This document shows positions 25,201-34,600 of a DNA stretch of 64,000 nucleotides, one piece after another. How positions within the stretch are numbered: the stretch's first letter is position 1; every line of letters begins with the position of its first letter. The DNA lies in assembly GCF_964355755.1 (NCBI RefSeq), contig NC_092670.1:3338201-3402200 (forward strand). Reading direction: 5' to 3'. A program made the translations under genes and the position numbers. The DNA is from Antedon mediterranea (lineage: Eukaryota > Animalia > Echinodermata). A model generated the notes under the pieces. It made no database searches. It was not told the origin of the DNA and worked only from the letters and a program-made list of their open reading frames with translations.

Positions 25201-28200
25201 TTGGTGCTTACCGTAAGCAGCTGCGGGCACCTTTTTATACAAAAAATGAGATTTTTTGTAAGCGGCCAATCGAAAAATGTGATACTTATTGCATGGACCT
25301 ATGAATTAGAGGTGCATGTTTATTGTATTTCTTTATATATTAGCTATAATAATAATAATAATAACAACTTTATTTAAAAACGGATGCAACTTTATTAGCT
25401 TTATTTTGAAGAGGTTTTAAAAACATTACTGTGAAGAGATGAGAAAACTACAAAGATTTTGACCGACCATTTTTCATATTATAAAAGTTTTTAAAATTTG
25501 TATGAAAATGCTAAAAAATACTAAACCACCTGATTATAAATAATAATAGGCCTACAATTATAAGCGGCCACTTTTCCAGGTCCCGAGGGTGGCCACTTAC
25601 GGGAGGTTCAACTGTATTTAAAAAGACAATTATCCTTAGTTATGCATAGAAACAGGTTCTAAAATAACATAAATAATACATTTTGACATAACTGACCCAA
25701 CAAATGACCCTTTCACAAGGTCAGACATTTTCTGGGATTCAGTAGATAAGTAAATTTGGGAAAAAGTAGTAAAGCTATGTAATCAATTGTTTGTAGTCAT
25801 GAAACCCCATATTAAAAATATTGTATTTAGTTACGTATAGAAACAGTTGCTACAATACACTATAGGTAAAATGTTGATGTCATTTGACCTCAATATGTAA
25901 AAAAAATCATTAGTTACGTAAACAAATTTAAGATAACACTAAAGGTAATTTTTTTAACCTTTATTCAGATTCGTCAAGACTTTCTTTCTGAGATTATTAG
26001 GCTTCAGTATTTAAAGTAAATTTGGCAAAAAGTAGAAATGTAAAACTATGTAGAAAAAATGTTTTGTATTTATGAAAAACCCCTTATTTTTTTGGAAATT
26101 TTCGCATAGAAACAGTTACTATGGTAAAATGTTGACCTCAAAATGAATGAATTTACAAGGTCAAGTTTCATTAATGGAATGCAGTAGAAGTAAAATTGAG
26201 AAAATTACAAATGCAATCAATTCTTTGTATTTATAAAAACGCAATTTCTTACGGGTTTTTTTAAATTACTTTCCTTAGTTACACATAGAAATGGTTGCTA
26301 AGGTAACACTATAGGTAAAATATGAAAATTGTTGAGAATTGTTACAAACTATCTTGTAAATTTTGATCAAACATTAATAGTTGTAGTAAAGTGGGGACCT
26401 GTCCTGTTTTGCATTCTGACCCCTTTTGACCTCAAATGACCTATTTACAAGGTCAGATTTTTTGGGAGGTCTTTCTGTATCTCTTTACACAAAATAGATT
26501 TAAAAATTTATAAAAACCATTGACGCAATTATTTCCAAGTTTAACATTATTTTCCATCAACTAAATATTTCAATGCAAAATACTGTTTTTCTGGCAATTA
26601 ATTGAAATAAACCTGGCAACACATTTTTAAATTGTGTTTCATGTGTTTTGTTTGTTGATATTTTGTTATATTTTTGTATTTTTCGTATTTTCCTGGCAAC
26701 ACAAAACCTATTTACGAAATTTACCCCAGTGTTTTTTTCGTGATTATTGTTGACAAACCTATTGACTATCAAATTAAAAAACCTCATTGATTTAAAAACA
26801 CCACTTTGGAAGTTATAGGTACGTTTATGAGGTATACTTTTATAAAAAAAATATTTTTTAAAAACACCCCTTTTTAAAATAATGGTATCAACCAAACTCC
26901 ATTTTGTAATTTATTTTTTTTCTACATTAAATGGAACTCAATACATGTTGATTACACTGCTATAAACTAAAACTGTATACTGTAAGTATTTTTGGTTAAA
27001 ATAAGTATACAAGTTTGTACTTTTTCACTATAGAAAATCTGTGAAAAATGGCAAAAACATCAAAATTTGGATAATTGACCGTTGTCATGGCAACGGAGGC
27101 TAAAAATAAAAATGAATGTTGTAGATATGCTTTTTATTGAAATGTCTATTCATGGTAAAAATTTGAGAGAAATCCATTTTTTTACATCTGCCACCAAATC
27201 TTTGATTTTTACAGACAATGGCTCTTAAATATTATATTAGGCATATAAAAATTTACCTCTATATAATATGTACTGTAATTAATATATTATATAGAGAATA
27301 CGACTGTGTCTTTTATTATTCAAACAATTATGTAAAATTTATTTAAAAACAATAGGCCTAATTATTACAATGTATAGCCCGTAAAGCCAGAGTATCACTC
27401 ACTTCTCCCTTGCCATCTTAACGACCTTTTCGCTCCTAATAATACCGTTCATAAATATTATACTAGAACAAGAAATAACATATATATCCCTAACCATAAC
27501 ACCAATTATTTTCAACATAGCATTAGATATTCTGGACCTCTATTGTTTAACAATTTACCCCCCTCAATTTCCTGTGCTGCTAACCGCTATTCATTCAATA
27601 ATAACATAAAAAATTACCTCTTGTCTCATTACTGATCGATCTGTTTGATATGGTCGTTGTTTCCATGTTCCGTGACTTGCTATCTTTATTATTCAATTGT
27701 CATCATATTCGCTTTATGCCATGCAGCTGTACTTTTTTCTGTTCTTTTTTTATTTTTTATTCCAACTTTTATCTACTGGTTTTATATATATTTTGTATTT
27801 CTTTATTGTTTAATTAATTTATTTTCTTTATTTATATTTTTTTTTTTTCTTCTCTTAATTTAAATATTTTGTAAAGGCAATCCCGTCACAAGATTGTAAT
27901 CTTTTTGGGATTTGCCTTCGTCCATTTTCTTGTTTTATCACTTGCCATTTTGTTTTTGTTACTTTTGTCTTTTGGACGTGAATAAATGTTCCTTGAATTG
28001 AATTGAATTGAATTGAATTGAATCCATTTTTATACTATGCATACCAGGGAGGTCACCTCCCTGATGCATACTGTGACAGATATATCATATCCATTCGATC
28101 ACCTTATTTTTATTTTTATTTCTATTTTATTTATGTCCGTACATTATGTAGGATAATATCAAGTATATAATGATTATTGTTATTAGGCAAATCACGTATA

Positions 28201-29315
28201 TTTTTATTTCTAATGTTTAAAATAGTTTTTAGTAAAAATAATCATTATATGCGGATGGTTAAAAGGCAAGTTACTGAAATAAACCCCCAAATAAGCCATA
28301 TCGGAGATGCGCCTTCTACGATCGTGCAGCTGTTTCCTCTAACAGTACGTTATTTTGCTGCCGTATTATTATTAGAAATTCTATATTCAAAATTAACTAA
28401 AAACATAATGAGCGTTTTTATTAAAAATGATTCTAGTGCGTCCCATACAAATTAGCGCGACTAAAATAAAACGTAACCGATATCAAACGTAACTAATATG
28501 ATAAAAAGCGTATCTAGAGGCGCTCCATACAAAGTACCGGATGTTCATTTTATCGCGACCGATTTCAAGCGCGACTGATTTCAAGCGCGACCAATTTCAT
28601 CTGACACCTTAGGTCTTGTGATCTTAGGTCTTAGGAGGTCTTAGCTTTTGTGATTTTAGGTTTGTGACACCCGGCTTATGGGGCTAGTTTCTTTAATTGC
28701 AAAAATAATGATAATTTTGGTGCATTAAAAAAAATAAAATTATATATATTAAAATATTTCCACAAAAAAAAAAAAAAAAAAATTACATTTTGTTAATTTT
28801 TGCGCAGCTGTCTGGTTGAGTAATTTAGCAAATCTGTTAGTTTTCTCTGGTGTACTATCCAATCGTTTCTCTACCTCCAAAAAGAACACAAAATCCCATT
28901 TATCTTTATAATCACTCGAATCTTCACCATAAAATGCAGCAATTCCAGGTAACTCGGATCCTCCAACAGCTCTAAGACACTCATACAGTTTTCTACGATA
29001 CAGTGTTAATCTTTCACCTCTGGTGGCGTTATATCCAGCAGTATTTTGCTTATATTTTTCAACCAGCTTTATGGCAGCATCCAGCCCTGTCAAGTTAGCT
29101 ATCTCTAACAAAATCTCCACATTATTACATGAGATATCACTACCTAATTCTCTCAGATTTTGCAACAATTCCAATGCTGATGTGCTATCTGTCAACGTGG
29201 AAACTGATAGTGCATTGAATAAAAGACATCTTAACCATTTGTATTGACCACCTCCAGAAAAATGTTTAGAAAAGTCAAGTAGTAAATCACTGAGTTTTTC
29301 TTCTGGAGTTGGCAT
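3654..29315 (-). CDS. Multi-exon ROCO-family gene: tandem DED-like - Roc GTPase - COR - micro-exon linker - tandem DED-like (~1070 aa)
   Basis: Manually spliced GT-AG exons with concordant phases: 28787-29315, 17129-17288, 16620-16705, 16240-16304, 15752-15788, 15027-15184, 14422-14511, 14136-14315, 13678-13926, 11531-11719, 11197-11391, 10673-10975, 10507-10578, 9266-9482, 7143-7187, 7003-7047, 4656-4700, 3654-4201. Total 3213 nt, open frame. Roc motifs G1 GQEGVGKT, G2 TDGI, G3 WDHGGQ, G4 VGTHKG, G5 FAIEN; COR motifs PLKW, LYDLGEIVY, VLDP, FFVP. Confidence 0.85.
4656..4700 (-). CDS. 45-nt linker micro-exon copy 4 (KQSRSEAGSSSNAE)
   Basis: tttttag|45 nt|gtatgt. Confidence 0.65.
5308..5345 (-). 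pseudogene. 38-nt frameshifted micro-exon copy 3 (7-nt deletion, splice sites intact)
   Basis: ttatag|GTAAACAAGTAAAGCTGGACCATCCAGCAATGCAGAAA|gtatgt; lacks GATCAAG relative to the other copies. Confidence 0.6.
7003..7047 (-). CDS. 45-nt linker micro-exon copy 2 (KRSRSEAGSSSNPE)
   Basis: ttttatag|45 nt|gtatgt; paralog of copy 1. Confidence 0.65.
7143..7187 (-). CDS. 45-nt phase-1/1 linker micro-exon copy 1 (KRSRSEAGPSSNAE)
   Basis: ttaaaag|GTAAACGATCAAGAAGTGAAGCCGGACCATCAAGCAATGCAGAAA|gtatgt. Confidence 0.6.
7382..7680 (+). mobile_element. tRNA-derived SINE
   Basis: Head GGAGCTGTGGCTTGGTGGTTA (A box)...GGGTTCAAGTC (B box), body, and (AATAA)n tail. Confidence 0.7.
8556..8814 (-). mobile_element. 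5S rRNA-derived SINE (SINE3-like) or 5'-truncated 5S pseudogene with attached body
   Basis: Minus strand 8814-8735 reads CGTCAGATCACCAAAGTTAAGCAACGTTGGGCCTGGTTAGAGCTTGGATGGGAGACCATCTGGGAATACTGGGTGCTGTA, the 3' two-thirds of 5S rRNA including the A/IE/C boxes. A non-5S GC-richer body ending AATAAAG follows. Confidence 0.75.
9266..9482 (-). CDS. ROCO gene exon: end of COR-B with Cys/His cluster
   Basis: ccttag|VLLTIQKSF...YERCILCDVCSDTSEQKHIQ...LTCSKTG...RLFE|gtaaga; phase-1 end. Confidence 0.85.
9540..9900. mobile_element. hAT-type MITE with 5-bp TSD
   Basis: TIRs CAGGCCCGTAGCCAG...CTGGCTACGGGCCTG; ACAAT on both flanks. Confidence 0.8.
10507..10578 (-). CDS. ROCO gene exon: COR-B
   Basis: ttttag|VTVKRTNAPNETSNEEPSSEACKE|gtatgt. 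Confidence 0.82.
10673..10975 (-). CDS. ROCO gene exon: COR-A/COR-B
   Basis: tttcag|ESVGKRSFFVPLRL...YYDFKGYLPDVLFPYMII...KFLLK|gtactg. Confidence 0.9.
11197..11391 (-). CDS. ROCO gene exon: COR
   Basis: tttag|KPAFRKAFDKLDKGILIEKLLRKLWKE...FEFLVALMIQLSFIC...SKSK|gtaggt. Confidence 0.9.
11531..11719 (-). CDS. ROCO gene exon: COR-A
   Basis: ttctag|LKMLATKNGIEREQMVLLNFLYDLGEIVYMPDNKLLRDKAVLDPMQLVEIV...PPKFP|gtaagt. Confidence 0.92.
11847..11876. mobile_element. 30-bp TIR-only P-like remnant with 7-bp TSD
   Basis: GTTACAT|CATGGAGGTATAACATTTTATACCTCCATG|GTTACAT. Confidence 0.75.
12456..13146. mobile_element. P-element-like MITE (CATGG termini, 7-bp TSD)
   Basis: 26-bp TIR CATGGATTAAGGAATAGAAGGATATG / CATATCCTTCTATTCCTTAATCCATG; TSD GTTTAAT on both sides. 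Confidence 0.85.
12674..12800. mobile_element. Helentron/DINE-1-like non-autonomous end (second copy at ~19900-20026)
   Basis: Shared block ...GTAAAGATCTTGTAATTACTTTTTGAGTAATCCTGCTAACAAAC, (ACAG/ACAA)n microsatellite and terminal hairpin ACCTCCTTGGCGGAGGT. Confidence 0.6.
13678..13926 (-). CDS. ROCO gene exon: Roc G5 and start of COR
   Basis: aaacag|ANIILEKVKNALRGKLYEEHIYQYFAIENS...KDKPLKWMRFRCDL...PLQE|gtaaac. Confidence 0.9.
14136..14315 (-). CDS. ROCO gene exon: Roc G4
   Basis: tttcag|KKHQHHWSNLQFILSYILSVYSHS...PTILIVGTHKGKLGKTEKQQDDE|gtaat. Confidence 0.9.
14422..14511 (-). CDS. ROCO gene exon: Roc strand (ALYIVVFDL)
   Basis: ttccag|IFVTSEALYIVVFDLSVNLEDRAIVIDSNG|gtaagt. Confidence 0.9.
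15027..15184 (-). CDS. ROCO gene exon: Roc G3/switch II
   Basis: ctacag|...EETFNIWDHGGQMIYHGIHR|gtaagt. Confidence 0.92.
15752..15788 (-). CDS. ROCO gene small exon: acidic Roc insertion
   Basis: gtcag|IDMDLPTDDNDD|gtattt; needed to bridge phase 0 to phase 1; the donor position is uncertain. Confidence 0.5.
16240..16304 (-). CDS. ROCO gene exon: Roc insertion
   Basis: ctacag|...|gtaagt; translates GNPSKQYTKMVTDKLRKKKTVN; phases 1/0. Confidence 0.75.
16620..16705 (-). CDS. ROCO gene exon: Roc switch I (G2)
   Basis: gtcag|...|gtaaac; translates FEKDHIVTDGIAVIRTASTTWKEAKADS; phases 2/1 match neighbours. Confidence 0.85.
17129..17288 (-). CDS. ROCO gene exon: Roc P-loop (G1)
   Basis: ttttcag|...|gtaagt; translates YILTDIAARDLDFQDAYNEALKGGSVKVNLGMLKVIGQEGVGKTCLINACLGK. 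Confidence 0.92.
17908..18416. mobile_element. MITE with ~46-bp perfect TIRs (possibly PIF/Harbinger type)
   Basis: TAGGGAGGTTTCGCAACCTTACGAATACGATAACGAAAACGGATAC and its exact reverse complement. Confidence 0.85.
18530..18829 (-). mobile_element. Short 3' fragment of the RTEX-like LINE family found at 55.3-59.4 kb
   Basis: Near-identical to ~55726-56043 (HILLDDLYLEFPFERIGEIVDYHCKQYLTA). Confidence 0.85.
18842..19600 (+). mobile_element. Decayed CR1/L2-like LINE 3' fragment (end of RT)
   Basis: EWLVDNKLSINISKTESIIF..., LLCSALIQCLFDYCASTWY...KLQTTQNKCVRFI; frameshifted; similar to ORF 48630-50132. Confidence 0.8.
20657..23592. mobile_element. Academ-like foldback non-autonomous DNA transposon
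   Basis: TIR TAGGCTAGTCAATCTAGCA...TGCTAGATTGACTAGCCTA and 3-bp TSD GAA; arms built of ~350-bp tandem units (ATATGCAAATTAG, TTTGACCCTCGACCCC) inverted about ~22.1-22.4 kb. Confidence 0.8.
23638..27224. mobile_element. Kolobok-like non-autonomous DNA transposon
   Basis: TTAA|GAGCCATTGTCTGTAAGAATCAAAGA...TCTTTGATTTTTACAGACAATGGCTC|TTAA; RR...YY termini; long imperfect TIRs and internal loose repeats (TTAGTTATGCATAGAAACAG, TTCACAAGGTCA). Confidence 0.8.
27440..28023 (+). mobile_element. CR1/L2-like LINE 3' end with (TTGAA)n tail
   Basis: HSIRYSGPLLFNNLPPSI..KNYLL-like C-terminus, 3' UTR hairpin TCACAAG...CTTTTTG, AATAAA and (GAATT)n tail. Confidence 0.7.
28045..28063. mobile_element. 19-bp TIR-only remnant with 8-bp TSD
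   Basis: ATGCATAC|CAGGGAGGTCACCTCCCTG|ATGCATAC. Confidence 0.65.
28787..29315 (-). CDS. ROCO gene first coding exon: N-terminal tandem death-effector-domain-like (death-fold) region
   Basis: ORF MPTPEEKLSDLLLDFSKHF...; two helical repeats (LLLDFS..LRCLL..SALELLQNL..NVEILLEI; LTLYRRKLYECL..KDKWDFVFFLE) typical of tandem DEDs. Acceptor tttcag 7 nt upstream of the ATG; phase-1 donor GTAATT at 28786. Confidence 0.75.
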
Positions 29316-29431
29316 TTCGAGGCTGAAAAAGAATAAATTGCATAATAAATAGACCTACAATATCTCGGGATATTAACAGTTTTTTTAAATTTAAATTTAA
29401 CGTAACAATTACAATTAATTTAAATACTCAC

Positions 29432-29485
29432 TGTATGTGAATAGGGTAGGCCTATTGAAAGGGTCTCGCAGAGAAATTCGCAGCA
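29432..29485 (-). other. Candidate short non-coding first exon of the ROCO gene
   Basis: Consensus donor GTGAGT at 29431 would form a 109-nt intron with the acceptor at 29323. Confidence 0.35.
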
Positions 29486-31396
29486 AGATATTTGAGACCT
29501 AATTTTAAAAAAATAAAAAATTGTACGTTATTGAGTGTTTTGATTGTCTATGGTAAAAATAATAGTGGATTTGTTTCTGCTGTCAAAAATACAAAGACAA
29601 AACTTAGGTACTCAGGAAAAGAACCTTTAATTACAGATCTACAAAATTATGGAACTTTCTACCTAACAAAATAAAAAATGATCTGTATGATATGACAGTA
29701 TGAACTTTCAAATCACAAATTTCAAAACTTTAATTTCAATTCAAAACTAAATCTAATTCTCAATGATTAAAACTTCTTGTATCTTGTTTAAAAATCTCAA
29801 TTATTTCTGTTTTTACCTATGTGCTTACTTTAATTGTGTTAATTTGATTTTGATAATTTTAGGTTTATTTTTATATTTTCTTTTGTTAATTTATATACTG
29901 TATTTTGTTTACATTTATGTAGTTAAGAACTGAACCACTTTGGAAATCAGTACATTGTATTGAAAGTGTATTTCAGAATAAAGAAAGATTAAATAAATAA
30001 AGGAACATCCAAGTTCATTGACCCAGTGATTATCATATTTTTATTGTGCAATGTGTAGACTATCTGCATCTCTTGAATGCTCATGGTGTGATTTATTTTT
30101 TCTGGAAGGCTTTGGTTTTCCTTTATTAGAAAAAGTATAAAATACACTGTGGTAATCATCAAGAAAATATATGTTATACATTGATAGACATGGCACAAAA
30201 TACCGTACAGCATCACTATTTTTTAATCTTTCATTTGAAACTAAAAAAAGTCCTTGTTTATGGAATATAGCATCCTCTAAAAAATGGTCATCACACGCAG
30301 ACAAGTTTTTAAAATATTTGACTCATTCTTAAAATAACATAAAATTGTCTCTGGCAATCAGACGACTGTTAATATGAGACCCTGTCTAATTTAAGTTTAA
30401 ACAGTACATATTCTTTACCACCCGGTCATTTCATTCAATATTCTAAGAGTGTGGCTGAATGTATTGGTGCTGTATCAAATATAAACTGGGATGATATCTT
30501 TGATTTTTCTTACGAAATTTGTTATTTTTGTTACACATTTTGAAAAATGTTACAAAAAGTCAAATAGTCAGGGTCAAGGGTTATATGAACAAATGTAAAT
30601 AGTTACTTGTATCTTGGCAACCACTGGTCGCAGCAATTGTCAATGTTGAACTTTGAAAAAAATTAATAATATAGAAAAATAGACAGGACAAGTTTTTAAA
30701 TTGATAGTTGAATTTCTGTATTTGTAAAAATGTCCATATCAATATTGATATATTAATTGAAGAATGCACATCACCAACTATTTTAATACAAGCCCGGATT
30801 TCTACAGGGGGCGATTCTTTTTTCCACAAAAAAAATAAGCCAAAATGGTTTTGAGGTAGGCTAGTTAAGTCTATTTATACTGTTGATCTCTAGTTTTAAA
30901 ACCTCAAACACCTCTGGCTATGGGATTGCAATACTGAATTGTTCAATTAAATTTTATTACATCAATAGTACAGGATAAATCATGCAATTAAAAATATCTT
31001 TTTAGCAAACAATCATATAGATAAATAAATCACAATAGCTCATTTAATTAATTGAAATATAAAAATGTATGCAGAGAGGAATGCCTTCTTTTATTTTCAT
31101 TCTCAAGAAATAACATAATTCTTAAATAAAAATGAGTTTTAGCTGACCAAAAACTAAAAGTACATTAGAAATAAAAAAAAAACAAATAAAAATTGTGTAA
31201 CTACCCTTAATTTCTTTGTATAGGCCTACTACCAGGGCTTATAATAACCTACTTCTGGGTGCTTTGTGGCTACCATTCCAATGCATATTAAAACACAAAG
31301 TTCAATATGATAGGCTTGTTCAACCATGAAATTGCCAAGCTACTTTAGTGATTATGTATGAAACGCCAGAGTAAGTATTAATTCAGATTATAATCT

Positions 31397-31588
31397 TGCG
31401 GCAATAAAGACTCATCAATTTTATGTAGATGTGAACACTTTATTAATGTATAAACGTATATAATATCAACCGACACAATATAATGTAACACGAACAAACT
31501 AACTCTAAATCAAAACAATGTCCCTCGATAGGGCGCAAGGAAGCGCACTGTAACAACAATAACTCACGAGGACGTGGGTGATGGCGCA
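31397..31588 (-). repeat. 3' LTR of Ty3/Gypsy element
   Basis: Direct repeat of 45463-45652; TGCG...CGCA ends; preceded on the minus strand by polypurine tract GAAGAAAGGTGGGAGGAAGAGG. Confidence 0.8.
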
Positions 31589-31611
31589 ACGCCTCTTCCT
31601 CCCACCTTTCT

Positions 31612-34600
31612 TCAAAAACAGAATAAAGTAAAAACAAAACAAAGTCCAATTGTAAAAACAAATGCAAAGTCTAAGGGTGTAATACCCATTCTCCAGTGTT
31701 TTTGCCATCTAGGCGGCTGTTTGTTTCTAGTAGAACGACGTTGAGGACAGCCATTAAAAGTGTAAGTTTCAGAAGATAATTCGACAGGTGGTGAAGTTAT
31801 GGCTACTGGTGGAGTGGTGTTGTCAACGTGTGAGTTGGAATCAGAGTCTGGATCGTTAGGTAAACCTCGAATGAGATCTTTAGGTGAATGCAACAACAAT
31901 GTTGGTTGTACACGATAGCAATCTGAGATTCGGAAATCGTATGACTTGGAACGGAACTGTGACTTAGTAAATTTACGAAGTTGACAGCGGTCATCCGAGA
32001 TTTCTACCACCATATACTTATCACGAGGTTTGGTTTTGTCCCGGCCTCCATACAAGAATACCAAATCACCAAGATTGATAGACACATTTGTAGAAGCAGG
32101 AGTGGATGAACCATGGGCTTTGGACTTGGAGCTAGCAGCATGATTTTGAACGGAGAAAAAATGTCTTTCTTGGATGAGCTGTCGATCTTCGATAGGCAAT
32201 TGTTGTCCAGTAATTTGGTCCCGCTGAGTCCAGATTTCTCATGCAGATAGGCCACCCTGTCTAATTCTGGAATTCAAATTAGCAGTTGCAATCGCGGGTG
32301 TGACAGGTGTTAAAGGGTCTCCTTCAGGTTTAACAGTAAGACATTCAAGACCGAGTTCTTTGATAGCGTTTTCTGCAACTGGATTTTTGTTAATGTTTTT
32401 AAAGGGGGATTCTGGGTTTAAAATTGCTTTTAAATATCGTTTATTTATTAAATAAAAAATATCATAACAATATAGACATGTCAGAATGAAAAAGTAATAA
32501 CGAGAAATTAAAAAAAAATAATTTCATATACATTTTATGGTAAATTCATGGAAAGTCTGTTTTTCAGCAGCTTAGGGAAGCTCATTAATATTCATGAGAT
32601 ATTCAAAAAATCACGTCATCAGTGGATTCTAAACTCGTGACGTCATGTACGTTGTGTTTGTTTTACTAATTTTCATCTCTCTCCCCTGTCAAACTACGAC
32701 CACCCGATCATTGTGAAATACATTTGTTGTAGATTTTCTAAGCTAAAGGCCTAAAGTGTAATAATAACAGTAGTAGCATATATTTATTTGACATTTAATG
32801 AAATACAAAATTTAGTAAAGATTACGGAGTCTTAAATTATATACTATTTTTATACCTCGAATAGTACAGATCGTATTATTGACTTCACGTACTAGGCTAG
32901 GCCTAGCCTAAATCATTTGTTTTCATGGGTGAGAGCTATTCTGACTAGGGATTCCATGCCACGATGGCTACGTTAAAACATTGGGGCCCATCATGGGCAT
33001 AGCTAGCCTACTACGATTGGCCCATAAATAACAAAACTCAGTGGATTCCAAACCTATCCTATCAATCAAACTCATAAACAATCTAAACCTAAAACATTCT
33101 ACAAAATCGGCTGTAAATATTGAGGCAAAACAAGGTCCGATCGCCGTCCGCACGTCGTATGGTGTCCCGATCGTCTAAAGTAGGCCTAAAATAGGCCCAG
33201 TTTACTCTCCAAAAAGCAGATACTGCATCAAGCAAGTAGACCAGGTAGGAGACCTAGCTGATTCGGCCCAGTTAAAAGTCAGTGCGAAAATCGGTAAACG
33301 TAAAGTGCAAACATATCTAATTTTTCACTGTTTTGATGAATTTTCATAGAAAATTGACTTTATAAATGGGAAGACCGACTAAAATTACATTAGAAAAGTA
33401 TAATTTGACAAAAGTAATTAATATGGTTAATGATAACGAGTCGTCGGAAGATTGACCATTTTACAAATTTCCTATTCTGTAACACAGTGTCATATCGCCG
33501 TAGCTGCACTTGTAATCTGGCCTCATTTCACAGCCTTCGTTCTGCTTCACTGGGCGCTTATATAAATTCAAACTTTTACCGTTCAAGAGACAAACAAATA
33601 TATTTTACATTTTTTACTATTCATTTTAAACCCGGAACCCCCCTTTAAATCTACCAAATTCAATCTTAATACCCAGTTCTCTTAAGGTGGGATCTTAATC
33701 CAATCCAAGGAAACCTGGTGCGTTGTCGACACGAATAGTGAGATTATCGTCTCCAAGTGGTCTTAGTTCAGCGCAAAGAGTAACAATGGCTGTACGTAGT
33801 TGATCGCGAGTTTCCGAAGTCAAGAGAGAGGAAAGAGTATATGATGATACAGTTTCACGGATAATAAACACAAACTGCCGATATCGGCGCATAACGTCTG
33901 CAGCAAATGATTGAGCAATACAATATGACGGAGGTGATGTTGACTGAGGTTTAAGTCTATGTGGAATGCTTTTCAATGAAGAACAGTGACACGATGAGCA
34001 AGTGATGTCAATGGCATTGTCTAAGTCCAAAGAAAAAAAGTATCTGCCAACAAGACGTTTCATTTGATGTTTGAATGGGTGATGAAAACGAAGATGAACG
34101 GCGGTAAGAAGGCCATCGATAACATTACGGGGAACTACAATACGGTCTCTAGTAGGTTGGAATGGCTGTTTATCGATTACGACAAGAAGGCCGTCGCTAG
34201 CAACCGTGGCGAATCTTAGGTACCGCTTAACATCAGGAATCTTAACCATTTTCTTAGATGGACGGGTTCCTTGTGTCAGGTATAAATGAGTGCGTCTAAG
34301 ATCAGGACATTCTAATTGTGTGGCTAGCCAAGCTGCACGGTTATTAGTAAATGGCATTTCTGAAGTTCCTTGAACCACGTCGGAGACTGTAAATGCCCGT
34401 ACCACGGAGTCTTCAATCTCTGCGATAAATTTGCAGATTTGGCATGAGTGGTCTGAACATTCAGGTAGGTTGCGGCTGGCAAAGTCTGTTGGTACGTTAG
34501 CAATTCCGGATATGTGTTGAACATCAACCATGTAGCGACTAATTAATGATAAGAAGGTAGTGACTCGTGAGCTTGCAGAGAATTCACCACGACGAAGTTT

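Larger units (their letters stand above)
20359..28608. mobile_element. Large non-autonomous Mutator-like element in the ROCO intron, hosting nested elements
   Basis: ~90-bp imperfect inverted ends (GG..GATGAAATCGGTCGCG repeats ...ATAAAAT.AAC.TCCG...TTTGTATGG.GCGCC); GG...CC termini; inserted in TTAGGTC-like repeats, TSD imperfect. Confidence 0.65.

Noticed and set aside
27403-27435. 33-nt candidate exon (tattag|...|gtgagt) on the minus strand in the ROCO intron
   Set aside because: Joining it to the phase-1 donor of the first coding exon creates an immediate TGA, and it lies inside a transposon shell.
29023-29247. Plus-strand ORFs antisense to real coding regions (also 14291-14488, 16523-16726, 35078-35951, 57314-57901)
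   Set aside because: Shadow ORFs of minus-strand exons or TE genes.
29989-30829. Short minus-strand ORFs as upstream ROCO exons
   Set aside because: No recognizable domain or convincing splice pairs; probably decayed repeat sequence.
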